64,000 bases of DNA, from assembly GCA_050575255.1 (NCBI GenBank), contig JBNZDD010013510.1, positions 297,636 through 361,635 of the forward strand. The letters run 5' to 3'. Below the pieces are notes generated by a model. It saw only the letters and a list, made by a program, of their open reading frames with translations. It was not told the DNA's origin and did not search any database. A program made the translations under genes and the position numbers. Source of the DNA: Harriotta raleighana (lineage: Eukaryota). Shown one piece after another: positions 1-13,530 of the stretch; positions within the stretch are counted from its first letter, which is position 1, and each line of letters begins with the position of its first letter.

Positions 1-398
1 AGGGATGAGGGCCAGAGGGAGAGGAGTTCAGAGGACTCCAAGGCAGCGGTCAAAGAATGTGGGGGTAGCTTTTTCCAGGGGCGATAGAAGATGGTGGTGG
101 GTCTGGTGGAAGTGGGAAGAGGTGTGGAGGTTAAGATAGAGATGAAGTGATGGTCAGAGATAGCCTTGTCAGTAATGGTGACATCCGAGACATTGAGGCC
201 CCGGGTGATCACCAGGTCGAGTGGGTGGCCGTGGACATGAGTGGCGGAGTTGATGTGGAGGGAGAGGTTGAGCGAGGAGAGGAGGGAGGAAAAGTCAGAG
301 GAGGTGGAGCAGGAGGGGGTGAAGTGCAGGTTGAAGTCGCCCAGGATGATGAGGCGATCAGTGCAGAGGCAGAGAGATGTCAGGAGGGTAGAAATGTC
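1..398 (-). mobile_element. L2/CR1-group LINE ORF2, AP-endonuclease region; 5'-truncated at ~398 and running off the window
   Basis: Uninterrupted minus-strand frame DISTLLTSLCLCTDRLIILGDFNLHF...NSATHVHGHPLDLVITRG...AISDHHFI...YRPWKK, with APE motifs GDFN, TH..GH.LDL and SDH. Composition shifts sharply from the AT-rich intron. Confidence 0.9.
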
Positions 399-502
399 TT
401 ATTAACTAACAAAATATCACTCTTTACTTTTAGATGCTAAAAGACGTACAAGTGAAAATGCTTATCGTGTTTGAATTTTAACCTGGTTAATTTGTAACTC
501 AC

Positions 503-721
503 CTTGACAGGTTGGGCAGCACTGGCCGGGTCTGACCAATGGGTTGAGACAACTGGGAACGGGGCACGTAATCAGCATACACATCTCCCTTCCACTGTAA
601 CAGTAACAGTCCCGACATCCGTCATGCCAGCCTTCTCTTTCCTCATGGCGGCGTCCATCAGCAGTCAGGCAGAACCTGCTTTGAGATGGAGGAGCGGTCG
701 TGCTCAGATGTGCACCAGTAT
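503..721 (-). CDS. CRIM1: CRIM1-family exon equivalent to human exon 11 (VWC domain 3), 219 nt, phase 1-1; missed by the ORF track
   Basis: Acceptor cttttgcag|AT ACT GGT; donor CAA G|gtgagt. Translation DTGAHLSTTAPPSQSRFCLTADGRRHEEREGWHDGCRDCYCYSGREMCMLITCPVPSCLNPLVRPGQCCPTCQ. WHDGCR.CYC..GREMC.LITCPVP.C matches CRIM1. The gene continues beyond position 1. Confidence 0.95.
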
Positions 722-1895
722 CTGCAAAAGCAACCCAGAATTGTGGAACCTGAAGTTGTAGTATTTCATTGGTTTGTATTCCCGAGCATTAACCCATATC
801 ACACGTCTTTTCCTATCATTCATTTCCGGTGTAGTGTAATGACTGCGTTCTCTGCATTCTCAAATGATGTTGTGTCAGTTTAGCAACATATAATTTGTGG
901 AGCACGGCTGTGTAAAACTCACTATAATGGTTTAATCTAGACCTGGCTGACAAGGGAAGGTGAATGAAGGAATAGCACTTTCCACCTTGGACCACGCTAA
1001 CATAATCTCTCTCTATACTTGGGACCCAATCAGTATTACTTCTGCGAGTTAGCAGTCAGCAAATATTCTTCTGGTTCCTCTACTCCACTCAGATATAGTG
1101 CTCAGGGAAAAGTATTTGAATGCATTGAAAACCCGAGGGATCGAAGAAGAGCACAATAAAATAAGGTAAATAAATTTTTCTTTAAATGATTAATTAGGTG
1201 AGTCTAATTATTTTGCGATAGAAATATGCATATGGTGCATAAGATCAATTTAAGATCACAGAAGCATTTTAAGATCAATTTGCAGATATTTCCAGCAGCA
1301 TTCCTCAAGAAGGAAAACCACAAGTACGTCTTCCGATTTGCAGGAATTCTGTTCCAATAAAATCTACATCTTGAGTCGAGTTTCTGTGTTATTCGCAGTC
1401 ATCAAGAAATTCCTCTGATTACTCCACCCCACTTCTTTTGCTATCCTGTTCCGAAACATTACAACAACATCAACAAAATTAAATTTATAGAGTGCCTTTC
1501 ACATCTGGAGGATATCCCAAGGAGCAATGAATACATACATTTGAAGAAAATATTTAGAGTGGTTTCTACCAAATATTTAATCCCATTTTTACTCCTCTTT
1601 ATTGCAATTTACAGCTCTTGCCACATTTGTTGAAATGTTTAAAATGACTGCATATGTTAATTTTCCAGAACGTTCATTCTGTCAATCATATCTGCATAGA
1701 AATCCCCCAATCATTAGAATTTGAGGGGACAAATTTGTTGGTACAGCTGCTCTCATCACTTCCCAGTAAATGAGACAAAAAATGATACAGGGACACAAAG
1801 ACACGAACACAGACACATAAAGAAATTCAGTTTGTAAAACATTTATTTGTGATTAAGAATACTTATGCACTCTTCCATAATTCGGTGTATTAAAG

Positions 1896-2082
1896 TAATT
1901 AATAATCTTTGCATTTGATTTAGCGCTTTTCACGTCTTCTAGACGTCTCAAAACACTTCACAGAATATACTGTAAAGTGAATTAACTGTATATTTGTGGG
2001 CAAAACGCGGCAGCCAATTGCACACAGCAGTGTCCCACAAACAGTCGCAGAATGAAATGACCAATTTATTATTTATTTTTTG
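1896..2082 (-). mobile_element. tRNA-derived SINE (Deu-domain-like), 3' half
   Basis: (ATT)n tail, LINE-like 3' end, and the block GGCAGCCAATTGCACACAGCAGTGTCCCACAAACAG shared with many other copies in the window. Confidence 0.85.
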
Positions 2083-3028
2083 AAACGGATTGAGCATTTG
2101 TGTAGTTCATTAATAGAATCGGGATATTCCTGCTATCCCATGATCTGCTAATAGTAAACTTGAATTATATATTAAATATAAGATTTCCATTTAAAATGGA
2201 CTATTTTTGTATTTAAATTATATTTAATCTACATTCAATTCTAATGTGCAAAGGATTTTCGTATATATTTTTCAAAAGAAAATGATATGGATTATATTCA
2301 AACCATTATAGAATTATATTTAGCGTGAATGTGGCTTAATTTGATCCATCTACCTTATGCTATGCGATTTGTTAATGAAATATAATTACATAATCACTAT
2401 CCAAAAAGCTGACAGGAAATCATTACTTATAGATGAAATACAGCATCACAGAAGCATCTGCAATAGAATCCCACAGCAGTGGCCAGAGTCGGAGAGAACA
2501 AGAGAAAGCAAGAGATCCAGAGTCGGAAGGACATACATTAAAATAAAAATACAAGAAACTTACAAAGAGAAAAATGTCAACACAACAGCAGAGTAGGAAA
2601 GAAAACAAGTGATTATTGTGTTGATTCCCCCCACCACCTCCCTGCCCGCATGGGGTTTTGCTATCATAATGCAACTGATGGCCATTTATACAAGCCTTTG
2701 GTGGAGAATTTCCTTGCAGCTGTGCATATAAAAATAATTATAAAAAATAGGATTTGTTTAAGCTTGCATGTCTTTTGGATTAACAATGGAATTAGTTTTC
2801 TGCCACTATTATCATTTATGCTCATTAAGTGCCCAACGGGTTATATTTGAAAATGGTATATAGTGCAAGCTTTGAAGAAATTTTCCTCACATAAAAAGAA
2901 TCAATATATTCCTGATCTCAAAGGAAATAACAAGGTGAACATTCGATCTATTATCGACATCCCTGACCTCATTATCTGTTTCAAAATGTTGGTCAAATAC
3001 AACTTGAAATGATTTAATGTTCTGGTAC

Positions 3029-3150
3029 CTTTGCAATGGCACACCGAGCAGCCTTTCTTATTCTGTTCATATCCTTCTGGGCAATATTTGTCACAGGTGA
3101 ATGGTGGGCACTTCACACAACGACACATCTCGCAACCGTGCTTGTTTCTC
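3029..3150 (-). CDS. CRIM1: CRIM1-family exon equivalent to human exon 10 (antistasin-like domains 3-4), 122 nt, phase 2-1
   Basis: Acceptor ctttgctcag|G AGA AAC; donor AAA G|gtacca. Translation RNKHGCEMCRCVKCPPFTCDKYCPEGYEQNKKGCSVCHCK. The phase fits the preceding exon (AT|G = Met). Confidence 0.95.
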
Positions 3151-3479
3151 CTGAGCAAAGAATGGTACAAAATAGCATTAAAAAAAAACACACTAAGTAT
3201 CAGGCCACAGGACAACAAGTCAACCAAATGATTAAATACTGACAGAAATAATAGAGTGAAAATTATTGTGTTGATTGACGCCGATAAGACACATTTAACT
3301 CCTGCATTGGGGGGGGCGGGGGGAATAAATGACCTAATTGTAATTAACCCCTAAAAAAAATACTAATTCTGACGAAGCATCCCATTATAAATAATGTGCT
3401 TCATCCAGACATGAAAACTTTGGCAATGAAATTAAACAAAATAACAATTAGGAAATAGTCACACAGTTCATTATAAATA

Positions 3480-3705
3480 ATATATAATAATATAACTATA
3501 TACAGTATATATAAAAAATATATAATTACACTTACATGTAACCGTAGGGGNCTTGCACTTATATAATTTTATACAGTATATATAAAAAATTTATACAGTA
3601 TATATAAAAAATATATAATTACACTTACATGTAACCGTAGGNATAATATAACTATATACAGTATATATAAAAAATATATAATTACACTTACATGTAACCG
3701 TAGGG
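3480..3705. other. Assembly-join duplication (N at 3551 and 3642) repeating the 3' end and donor of exon 9
   Basis: acacttacatgtaaccgtagg occurs three times, with copies separated by single-N joins. Confidence 0.85.
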
Positions 3706-3845
3706 GCAGTGCTTATTGCAAGAAAGATTTCGGCATTTGTGTGACTGAGGACGACACTCACAGATGCTGCAGTCATCTTTATCTGTCAGGAAACCATGGG
3801 GACAGTCTAACAAGCAATAAGATGTCAACTCTGTACAGGGCTCCT
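3692..3845 (-). CDS. CRIM1: CRIM1-family exon equivalent to human exon 9 (antistasin-like domains 2-3), 154 nt, phase 1-2
   Basis: Acceptor tatatttcag|AG GAG CCC; donor TAC AT|gtaagt. Hand translation (this frame is not in the ORF track): KEPCTELTSYCLLDCPHGFLTDKDDCSICECRPQSHKCRNLSCNKHCPYGY(M). Confidence 0.94.
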
Positions 3846-4435
3846 CTGAAATATAAAAAACACCATAGCATAAGTTACAACACCTAATTATAGAATGTGT
3901 CTAATGTGCAACGATGAAAGAGTGTTAGCTTCAACAAGAAACTAAAAACCTTCAAAGCTGTTGCAGTATTGATCTCGTTCAAACACTGCTCCAGAAATTT
4001 GAAACGTCGTTTGTGAGGAATTCTGCCAAAAGCATTTGAAAAAAAGCTCAATTAACTGTCCAATATATATAAGTGCTGCAAATGGTCACATTTGCACTGC
4101 ATTTTAATATTGAGATGTTTCAATGGTTGAAAATTGCTAACTCAGAGAAAATTAAGCTACAGTTACGTTTATTCAAAAAAAAGTTTCCTCCTTATGACTT
4201 GGGAAAAGCAATTAAACAATTAAATTAGTGCAATGCAATGATTCTAATTGAAAACAAAAACAGAAACCACGAGGCAACTTGCATAGTTCCAAGATTAGGA
4301 CATTTTTTAAAAAATCAAATCGTTCAACTGCAATAACAAGTCATCTTGACATTTTTCAGGCCAAAATAAGCATTTTTAACCATCAATCAAAATGGTGTCT
4401 ATTCACCATAAGCATTTCTAACCATTGTTTAAAAT

Positions 4436-4866
4436 AATATTCGAATTCAAAAACCTCGTCCTCACTTTCAAGGCCATTAGCTGCCTTGCCCTCGCCTATC
4501 TCTCTGACCTGCTGTCTCCCTATCAGCCTGCCCCCACCCTCCGTTCAGCAGACTCATGCCTGCTCCGCGTCCCCGCCCTAACCGCCCAACCATCGCTTTC
4601 AGCCTCTCTGTCCCCACTATGGATCTCCATCCCGCAGTCCCTCCGCCTTGCTTCCTCCCTTTCCTCCTTCAAGCTGGTCTCAAGATCTTCCTCTTTGACC
4701 ACGCCTTCGGCTCCCCCTCTAACTCTTCCTCCTCTCCCACTCTCCTTCCTCCTACCCCCAACACCCCCCCACCTGCTTGGGTCCCGACCTGACTGTTCAG
4801 CGCTTTGGGACGTCCTCCCGACGTGAAAGGCGCTATACAAGTGTAATTTTGTTGTTGTTGCTGTTG
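4436..4866 (+). mobile_element. L2 LINE 3' end (ORF2 C-terminus, 3' UTR, stem-loop, (TTG)n tail)
   Basis: Translates as FKNLVLTFKA...YLSDLLSPYQPAPTLRS and LKIFLFDHAF (with frameshifts). Terminal GCGCTTTGGGACGTCCTCCCGACGTGAAAGGCGCTATA followed by TTG repeats; a very similar copy lies at 47615-47860. Confidence 0.88.
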
Positions 4867-5083
4867 TAATAATTCTTTCAACTACATGGGTTATCATATA
4901 TTCCCAATTTCAGTTATGAAGTGGGATCACAACACACCATTTGACAATTTGCGTTGCAAAATAAACATGTCTTTTGTGAACACAATTTTAAAAATAGATG
5001 AAAACAGTTCATAAGGGCCATTTCCAGACAGAAATATTGCACGATCTTAATTGTACTTTGGAGCTGCAATGCTTGTCAAGAAC

Positions 5084-5350
5084 AATAGTAATAATCCTTG
5101 CATTTGATATAGCGCTTTCCATATCTTCTAGACATCTCAAAGCGCTTTACGGAATATATTTTAAAGTGAACTGACTGTATATTTGTGGGTGCAACGCAGC
5201 AGCCAATTGCACACAGCAGTGCCCCATAAACAGTCATGGATTGAAATGACCCATTTATTAATTTTTTTGAGGGATTATTATCAGGCATGTGGAGTAAGGA
5301 AACTTGCCCAACCCACTTGTAAGACGAGTGCTCTAACAGCTGAGCTACAG
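5084..5350 (-). mobile_element. tRNA-derived SINE, near full length with an internal deletion in the head
   Basis: Minus-strand head CTGTAGCTCAGCTGTTAGAGCACTCGTCTTACAAG (A box), followed by TTGGGCAAGTTTCCTTACTCCAC, the Deu-like block and an (ATT)n tail. Confidence 0.88.
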
Positions 5351-5593
5351 TACAGAACCCCCACCTTCCCCGGCTATAACACCCCTACGTTTTGGGAATA
5401 TAATCTTTCATTCGTTTTTATTTACAATTTTTGTCATCATTCTTTCATTTGCTATTAGTATTAATCCGCCAAACATGTTTAAGCAGATGTCTACCCTCAG
5501 TCATATCAAAATTACATTTGCTCTGTCAGACGCTCAAGACTTGATGCGTCAAAAACTATTTAATGAGAACTTTGCAATTGTTGGCATACTTAC

Positions 5594-5722
5594 TAGGCAG
5601 ACACTGACACAATAGACATTCTTTCTCATCTTGTACAAAGCCATAGGGACAATCTTTCTCTGACAATGTGCAGTTTATCAGTCTCTGGCACAGCTCTGGA
5701 CTAACTGTTCCATAGCTTGGCT
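5594..5722 (-). CDS. CRIM1: CRIM1-family exon equivalent to human exon 8 (antistasin-like domain 1), 129 nt
   Basis: Acceptor ttttgctaacag|AG CCA; donor CCT A|gtaagt. Translation EPSYGTVSPELCQRLINCTLSEKDCPYGFVQDEKECLLCQCLP. Confidence 0.94.
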
Positions 5723-8700
5723 CTGTTAGCAAAAAAAATAAATCAATATTATGATTAAACATTTTGGGTTGATTGATTACACAATTTACACAGTAATTAA
5801 AGTGAAACGATACTGTATGCTCCGCAATTGGAGTTGAAGCACTTCAGTACTTTAACTTCTTCACTCTCAATCCTTCAAAGAGCATTCCTTCTTGACCAGC
5901 AAATATATATGCAAGGTTAAATAAATACCATGCTGGATATTTCACACATTTCGGGCCCTTTGTAGGCCTTTCACACATTCCAGGCTCTGGACAAAGATTT
6001 GCACTTAACTTCATTGAAACATAAAACACAGAAAGATGTTTTGAATAGCAACCGATTATCAAAAAATGTAGCAGTTACTCTTCCCCCCACCCACCGCTAC
6101 ACCTCCTCCCTGACACAGTTGAAAATAATCTGGTAGATAAAGTAGTATTGTTAATACAATGAATTAAGGTACTGTACTTAATCCACATGTAAATATCCTC
6201 CCCACCCCAGGTCCAGCATCTACAACACCAACAAATTACATTTTACATTTTTTTATAGAGCGCCTTCCAAGTCAGGAGGACGAACCAGTACCTAACACAG
6301 CGAATGCACTTTACAGCATCCACTCAACATGAATAAGACCATACTGTATAATGTAAATTGTATCAGACAGTCGACTGACCAAAAAGAAAAGTGCTAATGC
6401 AAATTCGACTAAATCCACATGTGCTTAAAAAATGGATCTGGTACTGTCGAAGCTGTCAAAGCCAGCTCTTGTAGGTTTAGTCTCAAATGTTAGCAGTCTG
6501 TGGGGTAAGAATCATGTGTATAATATTGCAGACGTGCTTCCATCATTACTCTATTGGCTGTGTTTGTGTCTGGGAGATGTTATTTGTACTCCTTTAACAG
6601 TTTGAGGTTACACAATTTGAAATTCATGCTCTGATGTTGAAGAGCACCGGAAACAGAGTGTAATAACGTCTTTGAAGCGCTACCATTACACTTTGTAACA
6701 CATGTCAAGTGATACCAAATGCCGATTCCCAACCCATCTGCTTAGCATCAGCAAAGCCTTTGCTCTGAATTTGAATTTGGAAGAATACCTTTAATTCATC
6801 TGTTTGTCATGTGATTTAACTCTGCAACGTATTTCATATGTCTTGTGAAAAACAATGGGGAGAAAACATACAACTGGCATCCTGGATGAAACTACTATCG
6901 TCAATAAGAAATGATGCTGTTTAACAGCCCAGAAGGAAAGAGTAGGATTCACCACAGAGCTAGGTTTTGGGTCTGTGTTAGTCAAAAGCAACAGAATTAA
7001 TTGAATAAATAAGGTCTCAAGTGGTTAATCTATTTCTACTACTAACTAAAGCAATGAAGTTGATTCCTGGAACACACATTATCAAATATCCATTCTATTA
7101 TAGACAGTAGTTGATCAATAGGCTGTTTTTGAAAATGTACGCTGTAAACATTATGTATTTAATTCTGGTTCCACGGGGAATAGGGCACTCAAACAGAAAT
7201 TGTAGTGATGTGGCACGAGAAAACATCTGCTGTTTGAATAGTGGCTAGGGATGAGCTGAAGATCTGAATTTGAAGTGACCCTGAAAAAGGCACATTGCTA
7301 TAATATTATTGTTGATTTCCCACCAACTTCTTTCTATGGGCTGTTTCCAAGCAACTTTATTTTCAATGGTCTGTACATGAGATAATTACCTTCACCGAAT
7401 GAACGCAGAGGGGGAAATAAAACAATTTCATTGCCATAGCTCGTTTCTGTGTACTGTATGCAGTGGCATTTTTAATGACACAAAGCTGATTAATGTTACG
7501 GATCAAGAGTCAATAACCACTCCCTGAGGGCAAGAGCAATTTTGTTCTATTTGTCTTCTTTAACAACACTGACGTAGAATGAGAGCCTGTAAATTCACAT
7601 TTATTGGCAATAAAATTGCTTTAAAGTGCATCAGTGTTGCAAGTATTCCCCCTTCCCATAAGCTCACAGGATGCAGAAAAATCGTGCTTGAAAGTCATCA
7701 CTGAGGCACTACAGTATATCTTTACGGGCCCTTCACATTGCATGTCAAAATATCCTGGCTCCTGCAGTTTATCCACAGCAATCATACAGAAGTTAAACAT
7801 GGACATCCCCTCCGCATTTGCCTCAATTCCATCCCACAACAGTGGCTTTGCTTTTGATCATTTGCTGCAACTCAAAAATCTGAGGGCCTGACATTCCAGG
7901 GTTTGCTAATTTTAGTAAAAATGTTAGACCTGCCTAAACAGGATGGAATACCAGGAGATTGTGCCAATGGATGAATAGCCTGTGTTTAGCATTACTCTCC
8001 CAGCATTCCTACCCTTCAGAAACCAAAGTTAAAATCTTTTGTGAAAGGGGAGGATAAAGATAATCTAGTTTGTTAAGGCCAAGTTAAAGAGCATTAGGAG
8101 GAGCTGTTGCTGTATTGTGCAGCTGAGAAGACGCATCAAAAAGTCAGTATTTAACTCTCAAACTGCAGCTCAGACTTGGCGTTAGTGATCCCAACAAAGG
8201 GGATCAACGCATTATTGAAGTGGATAGAGCAAGAGCTTTTTTTTCCTGCCTGGGAACATGAGTTGTCTGAGGGTGTATTATACTGCTAATAAGGTGTTGT
8301 GCTCCGCCACTGTCAAGCGTTCTTGGACACTACCCCGTGTGAGGGGCACTATATAAATGCAAGTTTTTGTTGTGGTTGTTATTAACATACTTACATTTGT
8401 CAGTCTCCCAAATGAAACAAGTAACCTATTTCATGCCCAATTAGTTTCCTCAGTTGGTCCAAACTGGTGTTTGGCTACACAAAAAAAAAGCAAGAATAAT
8501 TTCTCCGCCAGTGAGCCACACTCTACAAAAGAGGAGATCTGGCATCAGAAAGGGGTTTCATATTTCCAGCCTTAGATCTTCAACAGCATCTGCTGGAGGT
8601 CTGGGCGATTCGCTCAACTCACAGATTGCAAGATCTGATGTGGAACATCTGCATCTTTTATTTATAGCGAATTGAACTGGGTAATTCAGACCATCTATAA

Positions 8701-11119
8701 AAGTTGTAGAAATAGAATTTAGAAATTGCTCATTTCACCTGGAGTTCCAAAATGTAAATCATCAAGGAGCAATTTACCGCAATCCTGGCTGACGCTGTCT
8801 ATTCTGATGTTAACCACTCCTGGGTAGTGAGTATCTACAGCGATGATCAACATAGCCTCATTGTTGCTACTATTAAAGCTTGTTCCAAAAAGCCAGATGT
8901 GATAGGTGACTGAGATTCTGAACCGCCATCAATAATACAGGTCAAATCGCTCTGAGATCCCTGGTTTACATTGGTCTAGATGTCCCGGGGATCTCTGCTG
9001 CAGAAGAGCGTCTGGGTTTAAGTAAGCATCAACGGCTTGAATTGCACTGTTGATTGACTTTAAAAATTTGTTTGAAGTATTTGGCAAATTTGGAGCCAGC
9101 TTCCATGAAGGCACCAAATAGCTTAACGGGGTGGGAGAGAATAGGGAGGTTGAAGGGGAAAAACGAGAGGCATGCATTTACTGGGAGTAGATATGACTAA
9201 GCCAAGAAACCAAAAGAAAAAAATGACCTATTAACGAGTTGTATCATAAGTAACATTTGTGGTGACAGAAAAGGTCATTACATTCGAATTTCAGTTAGCT
9301 ATTTTTATAATGATGTTGCATTTTCTAACAGTGGTAATTACTAAATAAATACATCTCTGTCTTTGTGTCGCCAGTCTTTTGACTTGGACACCAAACAAGG
9401 CTATCAGTTAACACCCTGCCCTTTCCACTAAGCTCCATCTAAACACTATGATATCTTTTATTCAGCCAATATTATCAATTACATAAATATGTTCAAAATA
9501 TGTTCTTTTGAGCTCTATCTCTGCCTGGGACACTATGTAATATTGTTGTTCGGCTATCTTTACTTGTCGATTAGTTGCTCCCATTTGTTCTTTCAGCAAA
9601 ATGGCATTTTAAGGCATACAATAGAATAAATGTATGAAAGAATAATCCTGGTGAAAAACTGTGAAGGGGAATGCATATTATTGTATATTACTAAAATAAA
9701 TTAAGGAGCAAGATTCAATGACACAGAAAACTTAGCAAACTACCCCTATTTGCAGTCTCCATCAACTTTGCAATTAAGGAAAGACACGCGATGATTCAGA
9801 TGGTTTCTGAAGTACATTTGTTTCCCAAAGTGTACAGTCATTTGGATGAGAAATAGAATGAAGGAAAGCGAGAGTCTTTAGTATCTGAAAGCTCTGTGAC
9901 CGTACTTTGACTCTATGTTGTTCACCTCGATCTCAGATCCTGGCAGTTTACTGCCTTACTTCCGTTCTTCCTCACACTCTGGTATCACTGACCTGCACCT
10001 GTTTCACTCGCTGGTATTATTGCCCTGCACCTGTCCCAATGACTAAATGCTCTTCCTCTTCCCTGAATAAAATGCAGCTTTAGTCTAGAACTCCATACCT
10101 ATACTTTCTTGCAATTCATTGCTGTGCCAAATTGGCTGACGTGTCCGCTGACATTAATACACTAAACTAAACAGTAATTCCTGGGCTGAAGGCATCATCC
10201 TCCTTGAATGCATTGTGGGGAGATTTGGACAGGATCTGTAAACACAAGCGAATCTCAACAGATCTTTCTGGCAGGAGCACATTCTAAGGAGCAACTGATC
10301 AAAACAGATACTACACTTGATCTTAGACAAAAGGCTTAGAAGCGAGGAACCAGATATTGTACTCCAAATTTAAATATGAAACATTGACGGGGCAATTATT
10401 CCTTCTACTCTGTTTATGCTTCATTATTTAGCTAACACTTCTTCACAAGGGTGGGTAAAGAGTTGCTCCCAAGCTACATCCAATCCTGTTGGAACGATGA
10501 CTGCTTGGTTTTGTGGAGGGGCAATTTAATCTCAGATGATCCCTCCCTGTTTTAAGTGAATCACCAGCCTCATCAGTTGACACCAGCTGCTATTGGGGAA
10601 AATCAACATGTGAAAAATGTCTCCAAATCCACAGCTTGCTTCAATTAAAGCTGGCTTCTGACAACACTGCTCGCTACAGCATGATACTGTGGGAAAAGGG
10701 AAGAGACACAAACAAAATATCTTCATCCAAATGAAGAATAACAAGGCTTGACGAGATGTGCGCCCTTTTCCAAGTGCTTTCGCATATCTATTTAGAATGG
10801 ATTGTGCGCAAGCAAAAGATTGTGCATTGTGCTGAATCTGATGATCTTGATTCAATTAGGATTCTATTTGCATGGATTTCAACATGCAGGTTAGGTTACT
10901 ATAGGCATGTAAACAGCACATACCAAGAATTACTGTAAAGGGTAACTGTTTCATGATCAGAAAAAGTCTCAATAACTCACAGTAACAAATATAAAATAGC
11001 TCATTAACTAAACGGGTAAACACAACACACATCAACATAACTGTGTGGTGGTCTATGATACCAATTTTTTAAGATACTTCTACTGTGATATGTGATCAGT
11101 AGTGCAATACCGTTTATAT

Positions 11120-11390
11120 TCACACAACCCCTTTCGCATCAGGGTGACATCTCAAAAACCTTTACACAGCTGGCTCTGCATCTGAGGTGGGTGATAGGGG
11201 AGGCATGGAAGAGCTGGCCGAAGGTGGGGTGAGAGAGGAAACGTGGGCTTTAATAATGGAGATAAGGCGATGAGTGATAAGGTCCCTGGGTCCCTGAAGT
11301 TCCGGAGAGTTGGGACAGAATAGCTAAAAGCCCACCCACCAACATTGGGGTGAGTCAAGCCAGTGAGATGAAGCAGGCTTGTGTACATAA
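11120..11390 (-). mobile_element. Degenerate L2-like LINE 3' fragment
   Basis: Minus-strand translation GGWAFSYSVPTLRN resembles the L2 G.RAFS...P.LWN motif, followed by a decayed 3' stem-loop. Confidence 0.6.
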
Positions 11391-13031
11391 ATGCACTACA
11401 ATTTGAACCTCTTGGCTACTATTATCAACTACCGGAATAACCACGGGGCATTCAAGATAATAAAGTGTAGTGATCGCATATTTTGTATTCTTGAAAGAGT
11501 CATATTCACTGAACAAAATTAATTATAGTTTTGACTCAAAAGATAAGGGTGGTCTTCTTGGGAAAATGTTTCAGTAACATCCTCTGCAATTGAAGTGCTT
11601 GGTTTCGTGTGTGGCAATATTCATGTTGGAATGGCGGTTCCCTTCTCAGGGTCTTACGGTTCTGTGTGTTATTTTTTTTATCCCCACTGACAGTTAAAAC
11701 CAAAGCAAAGATGGTTTCCTTTCAGTACTTTTCTCATTGTGTGGTAAATCCCGTCACTCTGTCAATCATGTTGTTATGATCTTGCAGGGTCTGACCTCAG
11801 AGAAGAATAAACTGAACACAAAGTGCAGTCAGACTGATGGGGACAGCTTAGTAACTCAGTAACTTATTCAGCTGATAATTCCTGGCATTTGTTCAATAAA
11901 GCCTCTTCGGAAACATTACAGACCTACAGCAAAGGGCCAGCAGTAAGCAGAAACAGGAGCTAAAACGAATAAGCAAATCCCCAACTCTGCCAATACACCA
12001 TGTTGATTTTTCAGTCTCCAGAACCAGTAAACTCCTGGAATGACTCCAGGATCGTCATTTCATCTATTGCCTAGATAAGACTCAGAGTTGACCTGTTTAC
12101 ATTATAATTACATCAAGGTCGCTCCGATGAAGTCAGATAACGGATCTCATGCCTTGACATACCCTGGTACAGTGATCAACGCAGTTGCCAACCAGACAGC
12201 AGGCACTATCCTTGTCGATAATAGCAAAGGTTAATGAAACAAGCATTCTAGTGTTCTGCCAGAGCATTGTTTACATTGCTGGAAGCCCAGGATTAAAACC
12301 ACACTGAACCCAACATTTTTAGGGTGAATTGAATGCCAGTTTGATATGAGAATACGGCGTTGCTGAATAGTATTTCCGAATTGGACCAACCACTGCAAGC
12401 TATAATGTAAACGTCTGGCGCCTGCCTGATAGTAACGCCCACCATGTTAACAATATAACAGTGTGTTTCCCCAACATTAATCAGAGAAATATTGCAGGTA
12501 AATCAGGACAACCAATTACAAGGTGCAGCTGCTGTCTGTATGACATTCATTAGAGACTTAAATAGCTTGTGAAAACAGACACAGTTCCTAAAAATATAAC
12601 TTATTCCATCCTTTCCAAAGCCTCCTTATGTCACACACCCAAACAGAGACCATTTTGCAAACGTGTTCCCACGACCTTCAAGATGTGGGAACAGGTGAGA
12701 GTTGCGAGGATTCCCACCATCCCTGCATGGAGCTTCCAGATCAGTGCAGCTCAAAAACAATAAAACACACGAGAAATTGTGGGCGCAAATCCGTGTCCTA
12801 TGAGCTACAGCATAACACACATCTGCCATCATAACCCTCGAACTTACTATTTTGTATTATCACCGTCAATTAGATACTAACCAGATTGTGCAGAATAATC
12901 TTCAATATCCAACATTCGAGCATGAAAGTTCACTGGCAATTACCCGACACGAACTGGGCGGGACATCGACAAGTTAATACGACCAGAATTTAAATGGACC
13001 CTGACAACTTTCACAAGTTCCAATTCATTAC

Positions 13032-13229
13032 CTTCACAGAAAGGGCAGCACTCCCCAGGTATTTTAACTGGATTTTGACACGTCTGCTTGCAAGCCATGG
13101 CCATGCAATGATGATCCCCGTTGACGCATTGGCAGAAAGTGCAGTCGTCTTCTCGCCACTGATCCCCGTGAGCTCGAATATGTCCTCGAGCCAAACACCC
13201 TACTCCGCCTAGAGCTGGGAACACTTGGT
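13032..13229 (-). CDS. CRIM1: CRIM1-family exon equivalent to human exon 7 (VWC domain 2), 198 nt
   Basis: Acceptor ttctgtgcag|AC CAA; donor GAA G|gtaatg. Translation DQVFPALGGVGCLARGHIRAHGDQWREDDCTFCQCVNGDHHCMAMACKQTCQNPVKIPGECCPFCE. WREDDCTFCQCVNG is characteristic of CRIM1. Confidence 0.96.
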
Positions 13230-13292
13230 CTGCACAGAACAAAGTGGCAAATATTTAATAACCTTAAAGCACCAAACAGCTTTAATGTGAAT

Positions 13293-13530
13293 ATAATAAT
13301 CCTTGCATTTTCAAAGGCACCTTATCACGTCATTCGTCATGTCTCAAAGTGGTTCAAGGAATATCCTGTAAAGTGGGAGAGTGACTATATAGGTTGTGGG
13401 CAAAATACAGTAGCCAGTTGCGAAAGACAGTGTCCCACAAGCAGCCATGGAGGCAATGACCCGATTTAATTTAGGGGATTTGTTGCCCAGGATATCTGGA
13501 AAAACTCCCATCTCTTTTCAAAAAGAATAT
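13293..13530 (-). mobile_element. Diverged Deu-like SINE fragment about 60 nt upstream of the exon-7 acceptor
   Basis: aataatccttgcatt tail and the cagtgtcccacaagcag block. Confidence 0.75.

Noticed and set aside
147-883. Plus-strand ORFs 147-440, 504-761 and 686-883
   Set aside because: They are antisense to, or overlap, the L2 endonuclease frame and the real minus-strand exon 503-721, and show no protein-family features.
3525-3645. Apparent tandem alternative donors or mini-exons for exon 9
   Set aside because: The copies are partial, identical and bounded by N joins, so they are an assembly artefact.
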